Source of the DNA: an uncultured Melioribacter sp.
GTDB taxonomy: Bacteria; Bacteroidota; Ignavibacteria; Ignavibacteriales; Melioribacteraceae
Length of the DNA: 64,000 nt
Direction: 5' to 3'
Assembly: GCA_964572725.1 (NCBI GenBank)
Contig: CAZNFW010000004.1
Location: forward strand, 26,373 to 90,372
Positions 1 to 10,238 of the stretch are shown here, in pieces (the stretch's first letter is position 1; each line of letters begins with the position of its first letter). Position numbers and translations under genes: made by a program. The notes beneath the pieces are model-generated. The model was not told the origin of the DNA. It worked only from the letters and a program-made list of their open reading frames with translations, and made no database searches.

Positions 1-223
1 ACTTTTAATCACACATGGCACAATGGACGACAATGTTCATATGCAGAATTCCATTCAATTGATTTACGAATTGCAAAAATTAAATAAAGATTTTGAAATG
101 ATGATTTATCCAAATGCCCGTCATGGCATTACAATGCCGCTTAGAAACCATTCTCTCAAATTAAAAGTGCAGTTCTTGTTTAAATATTTACTTGGAAAAG
201 AATTGGACATTGAAAAAGATTAA
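1..223 (+). CDS. S9-family serine peptidase (DPP IV / prolyl oligopeptidase-like), C-terminal fragment; the 5' end lies outside the window
   Basis: The frame is open from the window edge. LLITHGTMDDNVH ... YPNARHGI matches the catalytic Asp and His segments of DPP IV-type S9 peptidases. Confidence 0.7.
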   Translation, partial: LLITHGTMDDNVHMQNSIQLIYELQKLNKDFEMMIYPNARHGITMPLRNHSLKLKVQFLFKYLLGKELDIEKD

Positions 224-247
224 AATCAATTAAAAAAGTGAGTAAAA

Positions 248-712
248 ATGGAATACAATGTAAATCCAAAAGAATATTATCCTCCAATGCATACGGCAGA
301 ACATCTATTAAATGGAACAATGGACAAAATGTTTAATTGTGGAAGAGCATTTAGTGCTCATATCGAAAAGAAAAAATCTAAATGTGATTATCACTTCAAT
401 AGAAATCTGACTGATGAAGAAATTAAAAAAATAGAAGAAAAAATTAATTCGCTAATTGCGCAAGATTTACCCGTTACAGAAGAATTTATGAAACGAGATG
501 AAGCAGCAAAATATTTCATCCTTCATCGGCTTCCCGAAGAAGCAGGCGAAATTCTCCGTGTAATTAAAATAGGCGATTATGATAAATGCTTATGCAGCGG
601 ACCTCATGTCAAATCCACAAAAGAAATCGGCTCGTTCAAAATCGTTTCTACAAGTTTTGAAAATGGAGTGTTAAGAATCAGGTTCAAGATTAATGAAACT
701 TCAAAAACATAA
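248..712 (+). CDS. alaX: Free-standing alanyl-tRNA editing protein (AlaX-S type, tRNA synthetase second additional domain)
   Basis: 154 aa with the zinc-binding HxxxH (HTAEH) and CxxxH (CSGPH) motifs typical of AlaRS/ThrRS editing domains. Confidence 0.7.
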   Translation: MEYNVNPKEYYPPMHTAEHLLNGTMDKMFNCGRAFSAHIEKKKSKCDYHFNRNLTDEEIKKIEEKINSLIAQDLPVTEEFMKRDEAAKYFILHRLPEEAGEILRVIKIGDYDKCLCSGPHVKSTKEIGSFKIVSTSFENGVLRIRFKINETSKT

Positions 713-1039
713 ATGAATAATGGAATAAGTTTAGAAAAAGCAGTTGAATATATTAAAACTTACAAAATTGTACTTGCATACTTCAGCACAAATGAGTGTA
801 ATGTTTGTAAAGTTTTAAAACCAAAAGTAAAAGAATTAATAGAACATGAATTTCCTCAAATAAACTTTCTTTACATAAATATTAATGAATCCAGAGATAC
901 CGCAGCACAATTTAGTGTATTTGCTGTCCCTACAATAATTTTATTTATTGAAGGAAGAGAATACATTAGAAAATCACGATTTGTTAATTTAGAAGAACTA
1001 AAAAGTGAGATAGACAGAATTTACAACATGATTTTCTAA
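713..1039 (+). CDS. Thioredoxin-fold protein with a CxxC (CNVC) motif
   Basis: 108 aa with CNVC followed by the cis-Pro context (AVPT) of the thioredoxin fold. Its ATG abuts the alaX stop codon. Confidence 0.65.
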   Translation: MNNGISLEKAVEYIKTYKIVLAYFSTNECNVCKVLKPKVKELIEHEFPQINFLYININESRDTAAQFSVFAVPTIILFIEGREYIRKSRFVNLEELKSEIDRIYNMIF

Positions 1040-1113
1040 AGTTTAACTGAGAATGATTGAATAATTTACTTAAACCCAGAATATCTAAAAATGTAAAAAC
1101 GGATTGCTTTTCT

Positions 1114-1121
1114 TATATTTG
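1114..1121 (+). promoter_or_regulatory. Candidate Bacteroidetes-type -7 promoter box (TAnnTTTG) upstream of valS
   Basis: TATATTTG lies 32 nt upstream of the valS ATG. No well-spaced -33 TTG was seen. Confidence 0.3.
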
Positions 1122-1152
1122 CATTTAATTTTCAGAAAAAGTTGAGATACAA

Positions 1153-3774
1153 ATGCTGCCAAGAAATCTTTCTGATATTCCAAAAGCTTATAATCCAAAA
1201 GATGTTGAAGACAAATGGTATAAATACTGGTATGACCATAATCTTTATCATTCAGAAGTTGACGAAACAAAAACACCCTATACGATTGTAATTCCTCCGC
1301 CAAACATAACCGGCATTCTTCACATTGGTCACATTCTTAATAATACACTTCAGGATATCTACATTCGTTATAAAAGAATGAAAGGATTTAATGCATGCTG
1401 GGTTCCGGGAATTGACCATGCATCAATTGCAACAGAAGCAAAAGTTGTTGCAATGCTAAAAGAAAGAAATATTACAAAAGATAAAATTTCTCGTGAAGAA
1501 TTTTTGAGATACTGTTATGAATGGAAAGAAAAATACGGAGGAATAATCTTTCAGCAGTTAAGAAAACTTGGAGTAAGCTGTGATTGGCAGCGCGAACGAT
1601 TTACAATGGATGACCATTATTATAGAAAAGTTATTGAAGCTTTCGTAAGATTATATAAAGAAGGTTACATATACCGCGGTTATAGAATGGTAAATTGGGA
1701 CCCGGCTTCTAAATCAGCAATTTCTGATGAAGAAGTTTTTTATAAAGAAGTTAAAGGAAAACTCTGGTATTTGAAATATCCTGTAAAAGATTCTAATGAA
1801 TATATAATTGTAGCTACTACACGTCCCGAAACAATGTTAGGGGATACTGGAGTTGCCGTTAATCCTGCAGATGAACGTTATAAACATTTAATTGGCAAAA
1901 AAGTAATTCTTCCAATTGTAGGAAGAGAAATACCAATTTTTGCTGATGAATATGTTGATATGACTTTTGGGACCGGAGCAGTAAAAGTAACCCCAGCTCA
2001 TGATGTAAATGATTACGATATGGGATTACGACATAATCTTGAAATTATTAACATATTCAACGAAGATGCTACAACAAATGGAAATGTTCCTCATGAATTT
2101 CAAGGATTGGATAGATATGAGGCAAGGAAAAAAGTTATAGACAGATTTATAGAATTAGGTTTACTTCACAAAGAAGAAGATTATATAACTAAAGTTGGTT
2201 ACTCTCAAAGAGGCAATGTTCCAATAGAACCATATCTTTCAGAACAATGGTTCATGAGAATGAAAGAATTAGCTGAACCAGCATTAAGGGTAGTTCTTGA
2301 AGGAAAAATAAAATTTCATCCCGAGCATTGGATTAAAACATATGAACACTGGATGACAAATATTAAAGATTGGTGTATCTCGCGTCAATTATGGTGGGGT
2401 CATCGCATTCCTGTTTGGTATCACAAAGAAACAGGAGAAATTTACTGCGAAGTTAATCCACCAGAAGATATAGAAAACTGGCGTCAGGATGATGATGTAT
2501 TAGATACATGGGCTTCAAGCTGGTTATGGGCGCAGGATGTTTTTACTAATGAACGAGACCAGAAATATTATTATCCAACAGACCTTCTTGTTACTGCTCC
2601 AGATATCATTTTCTTCTGGGTTGCAAGAATGATTATTGCCGGCATGCATTTTATGAATGAGATTCCATTTAAAGATGTTTATTTTACAAGCACTGTGCGC
2701 GACACTCAGGGAAGAAAAATGAGTAAATCACTTGGCAATTCTCCTGACCCGCTCGACTTAATAAATGAATATGGTGCTGACGCTCTGAGATTTACTATGA
2801 CTTACATCTCACCTCTCGGTCAGGATGTTTATTTCAGCAACGAAATGGTAGAGATAGGAAGAAACTTTGCAAATAAAATCTGGAATGCCGGCAGATTTTT
2901 ACTGATGAATGCTCAAAACATTAAAATAGATTTGTCACTGAAAGATAAACACATTGATTTTACAGATAGATGGATTTTTTCTCGTTTCCATAAAACAATT
3001 AAAGAATTTACAAATGCAATTGACAACTTCGAGGTAAATTCTGCTTCAAAAATTATTTATTCTTATGTATGGAATGACTTTTGTGATTGGTATGTAGAAC
3101 TTTCAAAATTTAGATTATATCATGGCAGCGATGAAGTAAAATCTGCTGTTCTAACAAGAGCAATTTTATTATATGAAGAAATGCTGAAACTTGTTCATCC
3201 TTTTATGCCATTTATTACAGAAGAAATATGGCAAATGCTCGATGAAAGAAAAAGCTGCGAAAGTATTTCAATAACTTCCTTTCCTGAATTCAATGAAAAA
3301 ATGATTGATGAAGAAGCTGAGAAAGAAATTGAATTTGTTCAAAACATTGTTACTGCAATTAGAAATATTCGTGGAGAAATGAATATTCCTCCAGCAAAAC
3401 AAATTAATGTTTATCTTAAAACAGATAAAATTACTGAAGAACAAAGCAACTACATAAAATCACTCGTAAAAATTGAAAATCTGATTATTGATTCTCAAAT
3501 TCAAAAACCAAAAGCGAGTGCCTCTGCAGTAGTTAAAGGATGTGATATTTTTGTGCCGCTCGAAGGATTAATTGATATAAATGTTGAAAGACATAGAATT
3601 CAGAAAGAAATTGCAAGGCTGACTTCTTCGCTTGAATCTGTAAAGAAAAAATTATCCAACGAAAGTTTTGTTGCAAAGGCTCCGGCAGATGTAATTGAAA
3701 GAGAAAAAAATAAATTAAATGATTGGCAAAAAGCTCTTGAAAAACTTCAAAGTATTCTGGCGGATTTAAATTAA
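1153..3774 (+). CDS. valS: Valine--tRNA ligase
   Basis: 873 aa with the class I HIGH motif (LHIGH), KMSKS, and the C-terminal coiled coil typical of ValRS. Confidence 0.97.
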   Translation: MLPRNLSDIPKAYNPKDVEDKWYKYWYDHNLYHSEVDETKTPYTIVIPPPNITGILHIGHILNNTLQDIYIRYKRMKGFNACWVPGIDHASIATEAKVVAMLKERNITKDKISREEFLRYCYEWKEKYGGIIFQQLRKLGVSCDWQRERFTMDDHYYRKVIEAFVRLYKEGYIYRGYRMVNWDPASKSAISDEEVFYKEVKGKLWYLKYPVKDSNEYIIVATTRPETMLGDTGVAVNPADERYKHLIGKKVILPIVGREIPIFADEYVDMTFGTGAVKVTPAHDVNDYDMGLRHNLEIINIFNEDATTNGNVPHEFQGLDRYEARKKVIDRFIELGLLHKEEDYITKVGYSQRGNVPIEPYLSEQWFMRMKELAEPALRVVLEGKIKFHPEHWIKTYEHWMTNIKDWCISRQLWWGHRIPVWYHKETGEIYCEVNPPEDIENWRQDDDVLDTWASSWLWAQDVFTNERDQKYYYPTDLLVTAPDIIFFWVARMIIAGMHFMNEIPFKDVYFTSTVRDTQGRKMSKSLGNSPDPLDLINEYGADALRFTMTYISPLGQDVYFSNEMVEIGRNFANKIWNAGRFLLMNAQNIKIDLSLKDKHIDFTDRWIFSRFHKTIKEFTNAIDNFEVNSASKIIYSYVWNDFCDWYVELSKFRLYHGSDEVKSAVLTRAILLYEEMLKLVHPFMPFITEEIWQMLDERKSCESISITSFPEFNEKMIDEEAEKEIEFVQNIVTAIRNIRGEMNIPPAKQINVYLKTDKITEEQSNYIKSLVKIENLIIDSQIQKPKASASAVVKGCDIFVPLEGLIDINVERHRIQKEIARLTSSLESVKKKLSNESFVAKAPADVIEREKNKLNDWQKALEKLQSILADLN

Positions 3775-3807
3775 CACTATTTATAACTTTCAATTAACTT
3801 TAATAAA

Positions 3808-4788
3808 ATGTTTTTAGAAGAAGAGCCCTCGAAGAAGCACATAATTGAAGCTCATGAAAGAATAAAAAACTATATTCACAAAACTCCAATTTTAACTTCA
3901 AGTTCACTTAATTCTTTATTCGGCTGTAATCTTTTCTTCAAATGTGAAAATTTTCAAAAGATTGGTGCATTCAAAATCAGAGGGGCAAGCAACGCTGTAC
4001 TTTCATTAAACAATGATGAAATTAAAAGTGGAGTAGCAACACATTCATCAGGCAATCATGCAGCTGCAATAGCTTTTTCGGCAAAAATTAGAAATGTTCC
4101 TGCTTACATTGTAATGCCCAATAATGCATTAAAATCAAAAAAGAAAGCAGTCGAAAGTTATGGAGGAAAAATAATTTACTGTGAACCAAATCTCAAATCA
4201 AGAGAAGAAACTTTAAATGAAGTAATTAGAAAAACTAATGCGGTTTTTATTCATTCTTATGATAATTATTCTGTAATAGCAGGACAAGCAACCTGTGCAA
4301 AAGAAATTTTTGAAGAGCTTTCTGACAAAATTAAAATAGATTTTATAATTGCTCCGGTTGGTGGCGGTGGATTATTAAGCGGAACTTCTTTAAGCACAAA
4401 ATATTTTTATCCTCATGCAAAAGTTATTGGAGCTGAACCAAAAGGAGCCGACGATGCTTTTCGTTCAATTCGTGATAATGTAATTTATCCTTCAATTAAT
4501 CCTCAAACAATTTGCGATGGTTTGCTCACTCAACTTTCTGAAAGAACTTTTTCTATCATTAAGAAAAATGTTTATAAAATTTTAACTGCTGAAGAAAAAA
4601 ATATTATTTTTTGCATGAAATTAATCTGGGAAAGAATGAAAATAATTGTTGAACCATCAAGTGCTGTTGCTCTTGCAGTTGTGTGGGAAAACAAAGAAAT
4701 ATTTATAGATAAGAATATTGCAATTATAATTTCTGGAGGAAATGTAGATTTAGAAAATTTTTCATTCAAAATGGAAGCAGGTTTTTAA
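3808..4788 (+). CDS. PLP-dependent threonine/serine dehydratase family protein (serine racemase / threo-3-hydroxyaspartate ammonia-lyase-like, no ACT domain)
   Basis: 326 aa with the PLP-lysine motif FKCENFQKIGAFKIRGA and the glycine loop APVGGGGLLSG. Confidence 0.8.
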   Translation: MFLEEEPSKKHIIEAHERIKNYIHKTPILTSSSLNSLFGCNLFFKCENFQKIGAFKIRGASNAVLSLNNDEIKSGVATHSSGNHAAAIAFSAKIRNVPAYIVMPNNALKSKKKAVESYGGKIIYCEPNLKSREETLNEVIRKTNAVFIHSYDNYSVIAGQATCAKEIFEELSDKIKIDFIIAPVGGGGLLSGTSLSTKYFYPHAKVIGAEPKGADDAFRSIRDNVIYPSINPQTICDGLLTQLSERTFSIIKKNVYKILTAEEKNIIFCMKLIWERMKIIVEPSSAVALAVVWENKEIFIDKNIAIIISGGNVDLENFSFKMEAGF

Positions 4789-4810
4789 TTACAATTTGAA
4801 AAAATAAAAA

Positions 4811-4850
4811 AGCCTGAATGAAGGACTTGTCTTCATCAGGCTTTTATTTT
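4811..4850. terminator. Bidirectional intrinsic terminator between convergent genes
   Basis: The stem is agcctgaatgaag / cttcatcaggct (one bulged A). It is flanked by an A-run on the left and a T-run on the right, so either strand reads hairpin then U-tract. Confidence 0.65.
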
Positions 4851-4865
4851 TAATAACCAATTCAA

Positions 4866-6293
4866 TTATACATCAAAGTATTGCTCAAATTCGAATGGAT
4901 GTGGACGAAGTGCCATTGGTTTAATTTCCTTTTCAATTTTATAATTAATCCATGCATTAATTACATCTTCGGTAAATACATCTCCTTTAAGTAAATATTC
5001 GTGATCATCTGCAAGAGCTTTCAATGCAGCACCAAGAGATTCAGGAGTTGATGGTACGTTCTTTAATTCTTCTGGCGACATATCATAAATATCTTTATCG
5101 AGTGGTTCCCCGGGGTCAATTCTATTAATAATTCCATCAAGACCAGCCATTAAAATTGCTGAAAAAGCAAGATATGGATTGCTTGATGGATCAGGGCAAC
5201 GAAACTCTATACGTTTTGATTTAGGAGAAGGGGAATACATAGGAATTCTAATTGATGCACTTCTATTTCTTTGAGAATAAGCAAGATTAACAGGAGCCTC
5301 GAAACCGGGAACAAGTCTTTTGTAAGAATTTGTTGTTGGATTAGTAAATGCAAGAAGTGATGGTGCATGTTTCAATAAACCACCAATAAAATATAAAGCC
5401 ATTTCACTCAAACCTGCATAACCTCCGCCAGCAAACAATGGTTTATCTTTCAACCATAAACTAACATGAACATGCATGCCACTGCCATTATCACCAAAAA
5501 TTGGTTTGGGCATATAAGTAACTGTTTTGTTGTGTTTTCTTGCTGTATTTTTTACAATGTATTTGAACATCAACAGCTGATCAGCGGCTCTTAATAATGG
5601 CTTAAATTTCATATCGATTTCGCATTGACCTCCGCTTGCAACTTCGTGATGCTGAGCTTCTACTTCAATTCCAACTTTAATCAGGTTTTGAACCATTTCA
5701 TTTCTTAAGTCCATTAACTTATCTGTTGGAGGTACAGGGAAATATCCTTCTTTATAACGTGGTTTGTAACCAAGATTAGGATTTTCTTCTCTACCGGAAT
5801 TCCATTTTCCTTCTATTGAGTCAAGATGATAAAATGCAAAATTTGGTCCCGAATCAAAACGAACATCATCAAATACAAAAAATTCTGCCTCGGGCCCAAA
5901 ATAAGAAGTATCGGCAATTCCGGTTGATTTTAAGTAAGCTTCTGCTTTTTGAGCAATATTTCTCGGACAACGAGCATATTTTTCTTTTGTAATTGGCTCA
6001 TAAACATCACAAATCAGAGATAATGTTGGTGCTTCTATGAAAGGATCTAAAAACATTGTTTCGGGATCAGGAATAATAAGCATATCACTTTCATTTATAC
6101 TTTTCCAGCCTCTTATTGATGAACCATCAAATCCAAATCCACTTTCGAAAGATGATTCATCGAGCTGATTTGCTGGGACAGTAAAGTGCTGCCATTGACC
6201 CGGAAAATCCATGAATTTAAAATCAATAAATTCAATTTTGTTATCTTTAATAAACGATAGTACTTTTTCGATTGGTGATTCTGTTTTGCCCAT
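4866..6293 (-). CDS. glnA: Glutamine synthetase, type I
   Basis: 475 aa with GSI signatures ([32 protein letters not shown]) and a KDIYDM motif at the position of the adenylylation Tyr. Confidence 0.95.
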   Translation of the reverse strand: MGKTESPIEKVLSFIKDNKIEFIDFKFMDFPGQWQHFTVPANQLDESSFESGFGFDGSSIRGWKSINESDMLIIPDPETMFLDPFIEAPTLSLICDVYEPITKEKYARCPRNIAQKAEAYLKSTGIADTSYFGPEAEFFVFDDVRFDSGPNFAFYHLDSIEGKWNSGREENPNLGYKPRYKEGYFPVPPTDKLMDLRNEMVQNLIKVGIEVEAQHHEVASGGQCEIDMKFKPLLRAADQLLMFKYIVKNTARKHNKTVTYMPKPIFGDNGSGMHVHVSLWLKDKPLFAGGGYAGLSEMALYFIGGLLKHAPSLLAFTNPTTNSYKRLVPGFEAPVNLAYSQRNRSASIRIPMYSPSPKSKRIEFRCPDPSSNPYLAFSAILMAGLDGIINRIDPGEPLDKDIYDMSPEELKNVPSTPESLGAALKALADDHEYLLKGDVFTEDVINAWINYKIEKEIKPMALRPHPFEFEQYFDV

Positions 6294-6305
6294 TTTTGTT
6301 ACTCC

Positions 6306-6752
6306 TTATATGTTTATTTTAGTTGTCTCTTTAATTGTTGATAATACAAAATTTGTTACTGTTCTTGTTACACCCTGCCAGGATTGAATTCTGCTTAACA
6401 ATTGTTCCAATGACTTGGTATCCTTTACTATGGCTTTAAGTATGTGAGAACCTTCTCCTAAAATTGCATGACATTCTAATATCTCGGGTGTTTTTTTAAC
6501 ATGCTCAATTAATTTTTCATAATTTTTTGATGAGTCCATAAACACAACTATAAAAACCATAATATCATATCCAAATACATGACGATTCAATTTAGCATAA
6601 TAACCTTCGATAACATTATTGTCTTCAAGCTTTTTTAATCTTTCGCTAAGCGAAGGTAAAGATAAACCAATAAGCTCCGCCAGTTCACTTCTTTTTGTTC
6701 TGCCGTTTTCCTGGAGCTTTTTAAGTATTGAAATATCTAATTCATCAATCAT
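6306..6752 (-). CDS. Lrp/AsnC family transcriptional regulator
   Basis: 148 aa with an N-terminal HTH (LDISILKKLQENGRTKRSELAELIGLS) and a C-terminal RAM/AsnC_trans_reg domain. It ends 12 nt upstream of glnA. Confidence 0.9.
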   Translation of the reverse strand: MIDELDISILKKLQENGRTKRSELAELIGLSLPSLSERLKKLEDNNVIEGYYAKLNRHVFGYDIMVFIVVFMDSSKNYEKLIEHVKKTPEILECHAILGEGSHILKAIVKDTKSLEQLLSRIQSWQGVTRTVTNFVLSTIKETTKINI

Positions 6753-6874
6753 ATTTACTCTTATTTTTTTAGGTAATTTATAAATTATAATTTAAAATAT
6801 AAGGCATAATAAGAAATTTTGCAAATGTTTTTTTAATTAGGCGGGCATTTTTTTGTATTTCAATTGATAGCAAT

Positions 6875-8011
6875 TTATAAAATTCTAAACCGCAATGCTT
6901 CAAAAATCTTTTTTACTGTCTCACTTTCGTTATTTAATTTAATGGTATAATTATTAAACTCTCTCCTTATTCTGTAATGCTTTCTTATGTTATCAAAATA
7001 TTTCCCGAATTCCTCAGGTTTATAATTCTTTGCATGTTTCAAAAGCTGACTATCTTCCTTAATGTTATAAATTTTTTTACAAATTTCATTAAGCACTTTT
7101 TCTATTGCTTCATTAATATCAACTGTGATTAATGAATCTTCTACTTTATTTACTACGGGATGCCACGATGGCTTAAATTTCATATAATTACAAAATTTAT
7201 TGTATATGAAAACAGTACTGTTTATTTTTCCTTCATACGAATAACCTGCAATATGAGGTGTACCAATGTTTACTAAATCAAGCAGTTGTGCATCTATCAT
7301 GGGTTCGTTTTCCCATACATCAAGTACTGTAATTAAATCTTTTTTTTCCGCTAATCTTTTTTTAAGAATTTTATTATCTACTACAGGGCCACGTGAAGAA
7401 TTAATTAATATTGTACCTTCCTTTATCAATCCAATATTACTTTCATCAAGGAGATGAAAAGTTTTATCAATTCCACTTTTATTAAGCGGGACATGAAATG
7501 TTACGACATCACAAGACAGGGCTTCATTTAAAGAACAAAATTCCTCAGGATATCCTTCTCTTTGAAGAGGTGGATCGTTAACTAAAACCTTAAATCCAAG
7601 TGCACGTGCAAACTTAGCTACCTTTTTTCCGATGTTGCCGTATCCAATTATTCCAATCGTGCTTTCATTAAACTTTTTATTAAATTCATAAAATATTGAT
7701 GAGACAGCACAAATAATATATTCAGCAACAGAATATGCATTACAACCGGAAGCATCTGCAAATGCAATATTCTTTTCTCTAAGATAATCCTTATCAATAT
7801 GGTCAGTTCCAATTGTTGCAGTAGCTACAAATTTAATATTCGTATTTTCGAGCAATTCTTTATTAACTTTTGTTACTGAACGCACAAGCAGAACCTCAGC
7901 GTCTTTTAAATCTCTGTTTGTAATCGACCTGCCGGCTAATAATTTTACATCGCCAAAAGAACCAAATGCTTCTTTAACTTGGGGAATATTTTCATCTGCT
8001 ATTATTAACAT
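6875..8011 (-). CDS. pdxB: 4-phosphoerythronate dehydrogenase
   Basis: 378 aa, colinear with E. coli PdxB (ADENIP...LLVRSVTKVN...ATIGTDHID, GxGxxG loop GYGNIG, HIAGYS, plus the PdxB-specific C-terminal dimerisation domain). Confidence 0.88.
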   Translation of the reverse strand: MLIIADENIPQVKEAFGSFGDVKLLAGRSITNRDLKDAEVLLVRSVTKVNKELLENTNIKFVATATIGTDHIDKDYLREKNIAFADASGCNAYSVAEYIICAVSSIFYEFNKKFNESTIGIIGYGNIGKKVAKFARALGFKVLVNDPPLQREGYPEEFCSLNEALSCDVVTFHVPLNKSGIDKTFHLLDESNIGLIKEGTILINSSRGPVVDNKILKKRLAEKKDLITVLDVWENEPMIDAQLLDLVNIGTPHIAGYSYEGKINSTVFIYNKFCNYMKFKPSWHPVVNKVEDSLITVDINEAIEKVLNEICKKIYNIKEDSQLLKHAKNYKPEEFGKYFDNIRKHYRIRREFNNYTIKLNNESETVKKIFEALRFRIL

Positions 8012-8224
8012 GAATATTAACTCCCTAAAAAATTATTCTTGAAATTCAAATATAGGAATGTTATTTACTTTATTAAATTCCATCAAAATATTTTTTCTTT
8101 TGCGCTTAGAGTTTTCAAAATTTAATCATCTTTTTCTTAAGATTTGTAATCACTTTAATATTTGTTTATTTTTGCCAAAATTTTTTGGTTCCACAATAAA
8201 AAATCAAAGGAGTACCTGTATAAA

Positions 8225-9991
8225 ATGAAATTTAAAAAACGAACACATACATGTGGTGAGTTAAGAGAAGCAAACATTGGTCAGGAAGTTGTATTAAACG
8301 GATGGGTTGCAACCAGACGGGATTTGGGCGGTGTAATTTTTATAGAACTCAGAGACAGATATGGAATTACTCAGATTGTTTTTGAACCTGGACACAATGC
8401 AGAAGCACATGAACTTGCAAAAAAACTTAGAAGCGAATATGTAATTTCTGTTGAAGGAAAAGTAAGGAAGCGACCTGAGGGAACTGAAAACCCTGCTTTA
8501 GAAACAGGAACCATTGATGTAATGGCTGATAAACTTATTATTTTAAATCCTTCCGAAACCCCACCTTTCCCGATAGAAGATAATATCGATGTGAATGAAG
8601 ACATACGATTAAAATACAGGTATCTTGATTTAAGAAGACCCGAAATGCAGAAAAATCTTTTGCTTCGACATAAGATGTATCAGCTTACAAGAAAATACTT
8701 TGATTCAAATGGATTTATTGAAATAGAAACTCCTGTTCTAATGAAAAGCACGCCTGAAGGTGCAAGAGATTTTCTTGTCCCAAGCAGAATGCATAAAGGA
8801 AAATTCTATGCGCTCCCTCAATCACCTCAAACTTACAAACAAATTTTAATGGTCGCTGGATTTGACAGATATTTTCAGATTGTAAAATGTTTTAGAGATG
8901 AAGATTTAAGAGCCGACCGTCAATATGAATTTACTCAAATTGATGTTGAAATGTCTTTTGTTGATGTAGAAGATGTTCTGGAAATGGCTGAAGGATTAAT
9001 GAAAATTTTCTTCAAAGAAATCTGGGATATTGAACTTAACACACCCATTCCTCGCTTAACTTTTGATGAGGCTATGGAAAAATACGGCAGCGACAAGCCA
9101 GATTTGAGATTTGGTTTAGAACTAAAAACATTGAATGATGTTTTCAAAAATTCAGAATTCAGAGTTTTTAAAGAATCAATTTCCAAAAATGGAATTATCA
9201 CCGGTCTTCTTGCAGAAGGCTGCGGAGATTATACAAGAAATCAATTAGATGGATTGACTGACTATGCTAAGAAATTAGGTGCTGGAGGATTAATCTGGAT
9301 GCGTGTAAAAGAAAATGATGTTGAAGCTCCAATTGCAAAATTCTTGAGTGAAGACGAAAAAAAGAACTTAATTACAGCTCTTCATGCAAAACCAGGGGAT
9401 TTAATATTGCTGTTAACAGGGGAGAAGTTAAGAACGCTTTCAATAATGGGCACATTACGTCTCGAAATGGCAAAGCGAATGAATTTAATTAAACCAGATG
9501 CAAAACCAGCTCTTCTCTGGGTTACAGATTTCCCCTTATTTGAATGGGATGAGGAAACAAAACGTTATTATGCCATGCATCATCCTTTTACATCACCAAG
9601 ACTTAAAGACATTGATTTGATGGAAACAGACCCGCTTAAAGTAAAAGCCCGCGCTTATGACCTTGTATTAAATGGAAATGAAATTGCAGGCGGTAGTATT
9701 AGAATTCACAATGCAGATTTGCAAGCCAAAATGTTCAAAGTTCTTGGTATTGATGAAACTGAAGCCAAAGAAAAATTTGGATTTTTGATGAATGCATTTA
9801 AATATGGTGCGCCTCCACACGGTGGAATTGCATTTGGCTTTGATAGACTCGTTATGCTTTTTGCTAAAAAATCATCTATTCGTGATGTAATTGCATTCCC
9901 AAAAACTTCAAGCGGAATATCTTTAATGGACGATTCACCTTCTTATGTGGACGAATCACAATTAACAGAACTTCATATAAAAGTCAGATAA
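8225..9991 (+). CDS. aspS: Aspartate--tRNA ligase
   Basis: Class II AspRS motifs are present (FRDEDLRADRQ, GGSIRIH, GIAFGFDRL). I prefer the ATG at 8225 (MKFKKRTHTCGELR) over the TTG at 8162 used in the ORF track. Confidence 0.96.
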   Translation: MKFKKRTHTCGELREANIGQEVVLNGWVATRRDLGGVIFIELRDRYGITQIVFEPGHNAEAHELAKKLRSEYVISVEGKVRKRPEGTENPALETGTIDVMADKLIILNPSETPPFPIEDNIDVNEDIRLKYRYLDLRRPEMQKNLLLRHKMYQLTRKYFDSNGFIEIETPVLMKSTPEGARDFLVPSRMHKGKFYALPQSPQTYKQILMVAGFDRYFQIVKCFRDEDLRADRQYEFTQIDVEMSFVDVEDVLEMAEGLMKIFFKEIWDIELNTPIPRLTFDEAMEKYGSDKPDLRFGLELKTLNDVFKNSEFRVFKESISKNGIITGLLAEGCGDYTRNQLDGLTDYAKKLGAGGLIWMRVKENDVEAPIAKFLSEDEKKNLITALHAKPGDLILLLTGEKLRTLSIMGTLRLEMAKRMNLIKPDAKPALLWVTDFPLFEWDEETKRYYAMHHPFTSPRLKDIDLMETDPLKVKARAYDLVLNGNEIAGGSIRIHNADLQAKMFKVLGIDETEAKEKFGFLMNAFKYGAPPHGGIAFGFDRLVMLFAKKSSIRDVIAFPKTSSGISLMDDSPSYVDESQLTELHIKVR

Positions 9992-10004
9992 ATCTGCCAA
10001 TAAA

Positions 10005-10037
10005 GAAAGGTTATTCGTTTTTTACGAATGACCTTTC
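10005..10037 (+). terminator. Hairpin downstream of aspS (possible terminator, no clear U-tract)
   Basis: A 14-bp stem gaaaggttattcgt / acgaatgacctttc (one G-U pair) with a ttttt loop starts 14 nt after the aspS stop. Confidence 0.4.
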
Positions 10038-10175
10038 TAAATTATAAAACTAAAGAAAAACTAAAAACTTTCGATAATGTAAGTAAAGAATACTACTTTT
10101 CTTCCAGTTTCTACCAAATTATTGAACTAATTTATGTATTACTATTTTCTAAAAATTTTTGTCCCACTCATTGAA

Positions 10176-10238
10176 ATAGAGGGAAGTTCTTCAGTCCGAT
10201 GTTTTGCCCTCGACATCGGTTCCTGCACTTCCCTCTAT
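10176..10238. other. Nested GC-rich hairpin element (candidate small structured RNA or REP-like palindrome)
   Basis: An outer 12-bp stem atagagggaagt / acttccctctat encloses an inner 7-bp stem ccgatgt / acatcgg. It sits in a 330-nt non-coding gap. Confidence 0.3.

Noticed and set aside
16-31. TGGCAC hexamers occur elsewhere: plus strand at 16-21 and ~61876, minus strand at ~4905, ~14325 and ~61725. These could be additional sigma-54 promoters.
   Set aside because: All are inside coding sequence, and none has TTGC five nucleotides downstream. Only 43741-43727 matches the full -24/-12 element.
8162-8224. The ORF track gives N-terminal extensions for aspS (8162), the AI-2E transporter (57220), the pseudouridine synthase (27582), the RND adaptor (19594), U32 (41968) and SCO1 (33758).
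   Set aside because: The extensions start on TTG or run through promoter-like AT-rich spacer. They add residues that do not align with the family N-termini, and internal ATGs give canonical N-termini.
10161-10215. The minus-strand reading of the nested hairpin contains GAGGGCAAAAC and GAGUGGGAC. These recall the GGGCAAAC and GAGUGGGAC strings of the Vc2 c-di-GMP-I (GEMM-I) riboswitch.
   Set aside because: The strings sit in a loop and a flank rather than in GEMM-like paired positions. There is no GNRA tetraloop/receptor pair and no ACGCAAAGCC-type second hairpin. I also checked SRP RNA and tRNA features and did not see them.
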